Shown: positions 25,651 through 32,000 of the stretch, one piece after another
How positions within the stretch are numbered: the first letter of the stretch is position 1
How the letters are laid out: every line of letters begins with the position of its first letter
Source: Microcystis aeruginosa NIES-843
Lineage (GTDB): Bacteria > Cyanobacteriota > Cyanobacteriia > Cyanobacteriales > Microcystaceae
Assembly: GCF_000010625.1 (NCBI RefSeq)
Contig: NC_010296.1
Location: 2,850,001-2,882,000 of the forward strand
Length of the DNA stretch: 32,000 nt
Direction: 5' to 3'
Position numbers and translations under genes: made by a program
Notes under the pieces: model-generated
The model's input: only the letters and a program-made list of their open reading frames with translations
Databases searched by the model: none
Told to the model about the DNA's origin: nothing

Positions 25651-27507
25651 ATGGTCAATCAAATTAAGTCCCCCCGAGCAGAAAGCCCCGTTATCGAAGA
25701 AGATTCGCAAAAAATCGTAAAAATACGCCATACTTGCGCCCATATCTTAGCGATGGCTGTACAAACTCTCTTTCCTGAAACCAAAGTCGCTATTGGTCCC
25801 TGGACAGAAACGGGATTCTACTACGATTTCGATCGCCCAACACCCTTTACCCCCGAAGATTTGGAGAAAATAGCGGCAGAAATGGGGCGAATTATCGGGA
25901 AAAACCTGCCAATTATCCGAGAAGTGCTGGAAAGAAGCGAAATTACCGCAGAAATCGAGCGCCTTAATCAACCCTACAAACGGTCAATTTTAGAGAGAAT
26001 TCCCCCAGATGAAACCATTACCCGTTATTTTATCGGTAGTCCGGACGCAGGACGGAGCGATCGAGAACCCTCGTTAATTGATGGTGCTGTTTCTCCCCCG
26101 GAAGAATTTTGGTGGGATCTGTGCGCGGGACCGCATCTCAACTCGACGGGGGAAATTAACCCCGATGCTTTCGCCTTGGAGAGTGTAGCGGGTGCTTATT
26201 GGCAAGGAGATGAAAAACAGCCGCAATTACAGCGAATTTACGGCACAGCTTGGCAAACCCCCGCAGAATTACAAAATTATCTCCAACAAAAAGAAGAAGC
26301 GCAGCGACGAGATCATCGCAAATTGGGACAACAATTAAAATTATTTAGCATCCAAGAAGATGCAGGTGGAGGCTTAGTTTTTTGGCATCCCCGGGGTGCA
26401 ACAATGCGTTATTTAATCGAAGATTATTGGCGCCAAGCTCATTTAGAAGCGGGTTATCAATTTCTTTATACTCCCCATCTAGCTAATTTAGATTTGTGGA
26501 AAACTTCCGGACATTGGGACTTTTATCGCGACAATATGTTTGAGGCGATCGAGTTAGAACAGCAAAGCTATCAAATTAAGCCGATGAATTGTCCTTTTCA
26601 TGTTTTAACCTATCAAAATGACCTGCATTCCTATCGAGAATTTCCCCTCAGATGGGCAGAATTAGGCACAGTTTATCGTTACGAGCGATCGGGGGTTTTA
26701 CACGGATTAATGCGGGTGCGAGGATTTACTCAAGATGATGCTCATATTTTCTGTTTACCAGAACAAATTGCCGCAGAGATTCTAGGAGTTTTGAACTTAA
26801 CCGAGAAAATTCTCTCCGATTTTGGCTTTACTAATTATCAGATAAATTTATCGACTCGCCCCAGTAAATCCGTGGGTAGTGATAGTGTTTGGGAATTGGC
26901 AACGGCGGCTCTAATTGAGGCCTTAAATGCTAAAAAGTGGGATTATATTGAGGATCAGGGAGGTGGGGCTTTTTATGGTCCGAAAATTGATATAAAAATT
27001 CAAGATGCGATCGGTAGAATGTGGCAATGTTCCACGATTCAGGTCGATTTTAACTTGCCAGAACGCTTTGATATGCAATATGTCGCTAGGGATGGTACTC
27101 GGGAAAGACCGATTATGATTCATCGAGCTATTTTTGGCTCTTTGGAAAGATTTTTTGGCATTTTAATCGAGAATTATGCGGGAGATTTTCCTCTCTGGTT
27201 AGCACCTATTCAAGTCCGTTTATTACCCGTTAGTGATGAACAGCAGCATTATGCTTTAGGGGTGGCAATGCAGTTAAAACAAGCTGGTTATCGAGTGGAA
27301 ATCGATAAAACTGGTGAGCGTTTAGGTAAACAAATTCGTACAGGAGAACTAGAAAAAATCCCTGTCTTAGCTGTGATTGGAAAACGAGAAGTTAGCAGTA
27401 AAACTCTAAGTGTTCGCACTCGACAAGGGGGAGATTTAGGTTCGATGACGCTGGTAGATTTATTAGGAAAAATGCAAACAGCGATCCTATCTAAAACTAA
27501 TCTCTGA
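25651..27507 (+). CDS. thrS: Threonyl-tRNA synthetase, paralog 2 (operator-controlled)
   Basis: 618 aa. It has HTCAH, WWDLCAGPH, MNCPFH, FTQDDAH and MIHRA. It is collinear with paralog 1 except for a ~22-aa insertion before WWDLC. Confidence 0.95.
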   Translation: MVNQIKSPRAESPVIEEDSQKIVKIRHTCAHILAMAVQTLFPETKVAIGPWTETGFYYDFDRPTPFTPEDLEKIAAEMGRIIGKNLPIIREVLERSEITAEIERLNQPYKRSILERIPPDETITRYFIGSPDAGRSDREPSLIDGAVSPPEEFWWDLCAGPHLNSTGEINPDAFALESVAGAYWQGDEKQPQLQRIYGTAWQTPAELQNYLQQKEEAQRRDHRKLGQQLKLFSIQEDAGGGLVFWHPRGATMRYLIEDYWRQAHLEAGYQFLYTPHLANLDLWKTSGHWDFYRDNMFEAIELEQQSYQIKPMNCPFHVLTYQNDLHSYREFPLRWAELGTVYRYERSGVLHGLMRVRGFTQDDAHIFCLPEQIAAEILGVLNLTEKILSDFGFTNYQINLSTRPSKSVGSDSVWELATAALIEALNAKKWDYIEDQGGGAFYGPKIDIKIQDAIGRMWQCSTIQVDFNLPERFDMQYVARDGTRERPIMIHRAIFGSLERFFGILIENYAGDFPLWLAPIQVRLLPVSDEQQHYALGVAMQLKQAGYRVEIDKTGERLGKQIRTGELEKIPVLAVIGKREVSSKTLSVRTRQGGDLGSMTLVDLLGKMQTAILSKTNL

Positions 27508-27620
27508 AACTTTTGTATAAACCAGCAATAGTGGAGATCGATCCCTTTAGGGCGAATTTAACAGGGTTGAGAAAAGCCTATTTTCTGTCAATTAATTAAC
27601 TTACAAGTGGGTTAGCTGCC

Positions 27621-28652
27621 ATGAGTTCTTTGATAATTCCTCTCTCCGATTCTCTCCCTTGCTTGCCTAAATCGGGAATGCCTGTGACGATCATTACTGG
27701 TTTTTTAGGGAGTGGAAAAACCACCTTACTAAATCATATTCTTGACAATAAAGAAGGGTTAAAAGTTGCCGTATTAGTCAATGAGTTTGGGGATATTAAT
27801 ATTGATTCTCAATTGCTTGTTTCCATCGATGAAGATATGGTAGAATTGAGTAATGGCTGTATTTGTTGTACAATTAATGATAGTTTAATTGAGACAGTCT
27901 ATCAGGTCTTAGAAAAAGAAATACCCGTGGACTATCTAATCATTGAAACCACAGGATTAGCCGATCCTTTGCCAATTATCCTCACTTTCCTGGCCACGGA
28001 ATTAAAATATCTGACTCGCTTAGATTCTATTATTACCCTCGTGGATTCTGAAACCTTTACGGCGGATCATTTTGATAGTAACATTGCCCTTAGTCAAATT
28101 CGTTATGGTGACGTGGTAATTCTCAATAAAATAGATCGAGTCAGTGGCAAAAAATTAGATGATTTAGAAAAGTTTATTCGTCGAGAAAAAGAGGGTATAA
28201 GACTCCTAAAAAGTAGTTATGGTCAGGTTCCTTTGGGTTTATTGTTAGATTTAGGTTTAACTAAAGAAGAATTGTATAAAAACCAATTTAGAGACTTTCA
28301 AAAAAATCGCCAAAGCTCCAGTGATAATCAATCTCCTGAAGACTTTAATTTTGTCTCTTTTGTTAGCAATAAACCATTTAATCTAGATAAATTTGAACCT
28401 TTTCTCACGGAAAAAATGCCGATGAATGTTTTTCGAGCAAAAGGGATTCTCTGGTTTCAACAAAGCGATTTAAAACATATTTTTCAATTGAGCGGTCTCC
28501 GTTACGATCTGCAAGCGGTAGAATGGGATACATCTCCTCAGAATCAGTTAGTTTTTATCGGCAGAAATTTAAATAAAGAGGAAATCTTGACACAACTAAA
28601 CGAATGCTTGGCTAGTTCTCAAAAAATTAAAAAGGACAAACTAAGTAGGTAG
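27621..28652 (+). CDS. COG0523-family metallochaperone GTPase (no His-rich tract)
   Basis: 343 aa with GFLGSGKTT, GCICC, ETTGLADP and LNKID, plus a CobW_C-like C-terminus. It lies 113 nt after thrS paralog 2 with no terminator seen. The last codons and the stop lie in a MITE terminus. Confidence 0.92.
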   Translation: MSSLIIPLSDSLPCLPKSGMPVTIITGFLGSGKTTLLNHILDNKEGLKVAVLVNEFGDINIDSQLLVSIDEDMVELSNGCICCTINDSLIETVYQVLEKEIPVDYLIIETTGLADPLPIILTFLATELKYLTRLDSIITLVDSETFTADHFDSNIALSQIRYGDVVILNKIDRVSGKKLDDLEKFIRREKEGIRLLKSSYGQVPLGLLLDLGLTKEELYKNQFRDFQKNRQSSSDNQSPEDFNFVSFVSNKPFNLDKFEPFLTEKMPMNVFRAKGILWFQQSDLKHIFQLSGLRYDLQAVEWDTSPQNQLVFIGRNLNKEEILTQLNECLASSQKIKKDKLSR

Positions 28653-28739
28653 GTGTTAAAAGTTTTCAGACACCCCCCCCTTATTAAGGGGGGATTAAGG
28701 GGGGGACTAAGGGGGGATCGGCACCCCCCTTATCAAGGG
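28642..28739 (-). mobile_element. MITE copy D, left portion (interrupted by an IS)
   Basis: The terminus TAAGTAGGTAGGTGTTAAAAG and G/C-tract modules are present. The copy is broken after CCCCTTATCAAGGG. Confidence 0.8.
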
Positions 28740-30157
28740 TAGGGCTGTTTCATTCTCCCATCAGAATATCAAAAGTAAAAGCGATCAATATCAGGTAAAA
28801 TGATAAGTGACCGCCAACCTTTTAAATATATGTTGAGCTTAATAGAAAAACTGAAACAAGTCAAGGACTTTCGGAAAGATAAAGGAAAAAGACACCCTTT
28901 ATGGATAGTATTAGTAGTAATAATACTGGGAACAATGCTAGGATACTCAGGTTATAGAGAACTAGGAGAGTTTGCTAAAAATAATCGGCACAGGCTCAGT
29001 AAAGAATTTAACATAATTCCAGAAAGAGTCCCATCCTATTCAACAATTAGAAGGGTAATGATGGGAGTTGACTGGCAGAGTTTGTTAAAAATGTTTAATG
29101 AATGGGCATTAGAAGAATATGGACAAAGAGATGATATAAATTGGCTAGGTATGGATGGAAAAAGTCTCAAAAACACCCTAAAGAATCCTAATAATGAACA
29201 ACAAAATTTTATCATGTTTGTCTCATTGTTTAGTCAAGAAAGTGGATTAGTATTACACTTAAAAAGAATCGAAAACAAAAAAGGGTCTGAAATCGACGAA
29301 GGGCAAGCTATAATTGAGGATTGCTCTCTCCAAAATAAAGTTTTTACTGGCGATGCTTTACACTGTCAGAAAAAAACAATCAGCTTAATAGCCAAGAGTA
29401 AAAATGACTATGTTATCACCGTTAAAGGAAATCAGAAAAATCTTTATAAGCGAATACAAGACCTGAGTAATTCCTCAAAGCCAGAAAGTTGCTTTCTTGA
29501 ACAAGATAATAGTCATGGACGAAAAATATCAAGAAAAATAGAAGTTTTTAAAGTGAGAAAAAATGAAAGACAAGGGTTTGAAAATCTGCGAAGAGTTATT
29601 AAAGTAGAAAGAAAGGGTAGTCGCGGGGATAAAACCTATGAAGAAACAGCTTACTATATCAGTAGCCTAACCGAATCCGCTCAAGTATTTGCTAAAATTA
29701 TTCGAGGACATTGGAAAATAGAAAATCAGTTACATTGGGTAAAAGATGTAATTTTTGAGGAAGATAAAAGCGAGATAAGTGATTTTCAAGCGGCCAGCAA
29801 TTGGTCAATTCTCACAACTATAGGATTGAATCTTTTCAGAGGTTTGGGTTTTCTCTCAATAACAGAGGGACAGAGGTGGTTAGCTGAACGTTGGGAAAAA
29901 CTGATAGTTTTATCGACGTAAGAAGCAGAAAAATTAGCTAAATTAACAGGATGTACTCTCAGACAATTTCAAGAAAGATAGGCTTTTAGTGGCTTGGAAA
30001 CAGGCTTTATCAATTTATTCATAATCAATATTGGCAGAGGATTAAAGATTAGTTATTGTCACTAACTCTTTTGATTAGAAAAAGATAAACTTGAGAATTT
30101 TCATTCAAATTTATTGACTCAAAATCAGCTGTAATTAATTTAAATGAAACAGCCCTA
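28740..30157 (+). mobile_element. ISAs1-family insertion sequence (1418 bp)
   Basis: Terminal inverted repeats are TAGGGCTGTTTCAT at 28740 and ATGAAACAGCCCTA ending at 30157. The flanking duplication lies within CCCTTATCAAGGG. Its length is ambiguous at 7-13 bp because the target is palindromic. Confidence 0.85.
28800..29921 (+). CDS. ISAs1-family (H-repeat-associated) transposase
   Basis: 373 aa. It has N-terminal DFRKDKGKRHPLWIVLVVIILGTMLGYSGYRELGEFA and C-terminal RGHWKIENQLHWVKDVIFEED, both typical of ISAs1. Confidence 0.9.
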   Translation: MISDRQPFKYMLSLIEKLKQVKDFRKDKGKRHPLWIVLVVIILGTMLGYSGYRELGEFAKNNRHRLSKEFNIIPERVPSYSTIRRVMMGVDWQSLLKMFNEWALEEYGQRDDINWLGMDGKSLKNTLKNPNNEQQNFIMFVSLFSQESGLVLHLKRIENKKGSEIDEGQAIIEDCSLQNKVFTGDALHCQKKTISLIAKSKNDYVITVKGNQKNLYKRIQDLSNSSKPESCFLEQDNSHGRKISRKIEVFKVRKNERQGFENLRRVIKVERKGSRGDKTYEETAYYISSLTESAQVFAKIIRGHWKIENQLHWVKDVIFEEDKSEISDFQAASNWSILTTIGLNLFRGLGFLSITEGQRWLAERWEKLIVLST

Positions 30158-30227
30158 CCCTTATCAAGGGGGGCAGGGGGATCGAACCTAAAATCCATTT
30201 TTAATTTAATTATAACCAGCTACTTAT
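30158..30227 (-). mobile_element. MITE copy D, right portion
   Basis: The sequence continues CCCTTATCAAGGGGGGCAGGGGGATCG... through TAATTTAATTATAACCAGCTACTTAT. It matches the outer end of copy B. Confidence 0.8.
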
Positions 30228-30537
30228 GAATAATTTATGGATAAAAACTTTAAAATTTAACGAACCCTCGATCCCATGGTTTTACATCTCTTTGTTCTCC
30301 AAGTTCATTATCGCAAACCCTTGCACTTTACGGAAGCGGCGATCGATTAAGGGAACAATTAAAAACGAGGGGAATTACCTTAGTTGATTTACCCGATGGA
30401 CAAAGCCAATGGTATCCTAGAGAAAAGAGCCATAACCATGATTAATATCCCAAGAAACCGCCAATTTTTCCCAAAATAACCTGGCTAAGTCTAGAGGATT
30501 GGTTAAGGAAGATTACTTGCCCCAATCTGACTTATGC

Positions 30538-30557
30538 TAGAATGATTATCATTATCA
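30538..30557. promoter_or_regulatory. Second Fur/Zur-family operator (TGATTATCATTATCA) overlapping a -10 hexamer TAGAAT
   Basis: The 22-mer TGCTAGAATGATTATCATTATCA differs at only 2 positions from TGCTACAATGATAATCATTATCA upstream of thrS paralog 2. Confidence 0.75.
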
Positions 30558-30574
30558 CAGTAGAGAAGGAGCAA

Positions 30575-31354
30575 ATGATTATCGTGGTAACGGGGGGTAT
30601 AGCAGCGGGAAAAACCCACTGGATTCGCGAACAAATCGCCAAACAGACGCAGCCAAGTCTATATTTTAGTCCCCAGACGGAAACTTTTCCCATTGATCGC
30701 CTCACTTTAGAGAGTGACTTTCCCCAGTTGTCCTGTGTTTCTAGGGAAGAAGAAGACCTTTTGAGCAGTTTATCCATGGAAAACACGATCTATATGGAAG
30801 TACCATGGCATTTAGACACGCAATCCCTCGAAAGCTTTCTAAAACCCCTCAATTGTCATCGGGTAGCGATTACGTCTCCAGAAGCAGAAATCCCCGAAGG
30901 ACAAGTGCCCGTCGATGAAATTGTCTTCAGTCCCGTCAAAACAACCATAAAAGGCGATCAATGGTTAAAAAAACGAGAAATACAGATTTATAGAGCCGTT
31001 TTAACGGGAGAAGTCCTCGATTTTTCCAGTTTAACTACCTTTTGGACAGAATTAACCCAAGGGGCCTATGGGGAAGTGCTGCGGGTTAAAAGTATCTTCG
31101 ATATCATCGATGGTCAGTGTATTTATGGGGAATTTATGGATGAATGGCCAGAAAAAGACTTTCAAAGCTTAAATTTCCCCTTAAATCTCGATGGGAGACC
31201 GAATCGCTTTAGTGGGATTGAAATCGTCGGTCGCAATCTCGATAAACCGACAATTGCCGATACCCTGAGTGATTGTTGTCTGTCCGATGAGGCACTTTTG
31301 TATTATCAACAACAATTTCAAGAATCTTTAGAGCCAGAAATGGATTTAATCTGA
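30575..31354 (+). CDS. Degenerate COG0523-like P-loop protein lacking the CxCC motif
   Basis: ATG 30575 is preceded by GAAGGAG. The track start at 30542 would place the operator inside the CDS. The N-terminus is IIVVTGGIAAGKT, and CobW_C-like segments are GEVLRVKSIFDI and IEIVGRNLDKPTI. There is no GCxCC and no NKxD. Confidence 0.6.
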   Translation: MIIVVTGGIAAGKTHWIREQIAKQTQPSLYFSPQTETFPIDRLTLESDFPQLSCVSREEEDLLSSLSMENTIYMEVPWHLDTQSLESFLKPLNCHRVAITSPEAEIPEGQVPVDEIVFSPVKTTIKGDQWLKKREIQIYRAVLTGEVLDFSSLTTFWTELTQGAYGEVLRVKSIFDIIDGQCIYGEFMDEWPEKDFQSLNFPLNLDGRPNRFSGIEIVGRNLDKPTIADTLSDCCLSDEALLYYQQQFQESLEPEMDLI

Positions 31355-32000
31355 TGAAAATAGCCGTTTTATCCTGTATTCATGGCAATATGCCCGCTTT
31401 TAATGCTGTTTTGCGAGATTTAGGCCAACAGGGTTGTCAAGAAATCTACTGTTTAGGGGATTTGGTTGGGTATGGACCCCATCCTAACCAAGTGGTGGAA
31501 AAAATCCGTCAACTGGGTATTACCACGGTACAAGGGTGTTGGGATGAGGATATCGTTGAGGGATTAAATGCCTGTGAGTGCAGTTATCCGTCGCTTTTAG
31601 CAGAAAAACGGGGTAGATTAGCTCATGAGTGGACAAATCAAATAATTACCTCGGAAAACCGTAATTATTTGTCAAAACTGCCCGAAATTTTTAAGCTAGA
31701 TCACCTCTGTTTTGTCCATGGTAGTCCCCAAAGTAACCATGAGTACCTTTTAGCCGAAATGGACGCTTTTACGGCTTTAGAACGGGTTTTATCGGTAGAT
31801 ACAGAGGTTTTATTCTGTGGACATACCCACATCCCCTACATTCGCACTCTCGACGCGGGAAGCTTGCAAATAAAAGTGTATCAACCCGATGGGGAACAGT
31901 CGCGGCAATTTACCACACCGGTTAAACGTATCATCAACGTGGGATCGGTGGGAGAACCGCGTCACGGTCGTCCAAATGCCACCTATGTGATTTACGATCG
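31354..32000 (+). CDS. Metallophosphoesterase (Metallophos_2 / YfcE-MJ0936-like), partial, with Cys-substituted metal motifs
   Basis: The ATG overlaps the upstream stop (TGATG). The translation is MKIAVLSCIHGN...CLGDLVGYGP...VQGCWDED...FVHGSP...CGHTHIPY...NVGSVGEPRHG. The frame is open to the window end, so it is absent from the ORF track. Confidence 0.8.
   Translation, partial: MKIAVLSCIHGNMPAFNAVLRDLGQQGCQEIYCLGDLVGYGPHPNQVVEKIRQLGITTVQGCWDEDIVEGLNACECSYPSLLAEKRGRLAHEWTNQIITSENRNYLSKLPEIFKLDHLCFVHGSPQSNHEYLLAEMDAFTALERVLSVDTEVLFCGHTHIPYIRTLDAGSLQIKVYQPDGEQSRQFTTPVKRIINVGSVGEPRHGRPNATYVIYD

Noticed and set aside
30226-30380. Short ORF (~50 codons, MNNLWIKTLKF...) starting in the MITE terminus
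   Set aside because: It begins inside a repeat terminus, has no SD, and is not conserved-looking. It is probably noise.
30542-30574. ORF-track start (MIIIITVEKEQ) for the COG0523-like gene
   Set aside because: These codons are the operator palindrome itself. A GAAGGAG Shine-Dalgarno precedes the ATG at 30575, which begins the P-loop strand.

Overview
This window looks like a chromosomal segment of a unicellular cyanobacterium. Repeat families, IS types and protein sequences resemble Microcystis, but that is inference and was not searched. About 30 protein genes are supported; I found no rRNA, tRNA or CRISPR array.

Gene content falls into four groups:
(1) Housekeeping genes: cysC, a lytic transglycosylase, coaE, purC, pepN and rnc.
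(2) A complete sulfate ABC uptake operon (sbpA, a NIL-domain gene, cysT, cysW, cysA) with a divergent Crp-family regulator.
(3) A dense metal-economy (probably zinc) gene set. It holds two threonyl-tRNA synthetase paralogs, three COG0523-type P-loop proteins (one His-rich, one plain, one degenerate), an orphan ZnuA/TroA-like lipoprotein, and two near-identical Fur/Zur-type operators that overlap -10 boxes.
(4) Accessory material. This comprises an IS630 element, an ISAs1 element nested in a MITE, four copies of a ~160-bp G/C-tract MITE, several GTAGG-hairpin (REP-like) elements, and long heptanucleotide tandem arrays.

The best candidates for something undescribed are:
(a) A two-gene ABC/AAA ATPase plus TOPRIM-like (DUF4276-type) cassette at 16.6-18.4 kb. 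It looks like a split OLD/PARIS-like defence module.
(b) An operator-controlled pair at 30.5-32 kb. It couples a CxCC-less COG0523-like protein translationally to a metallophosphoesterase in which canonical metal ligands are replaced by cysteines.

All family assignments come from motif reading only. No database search or computation was run.
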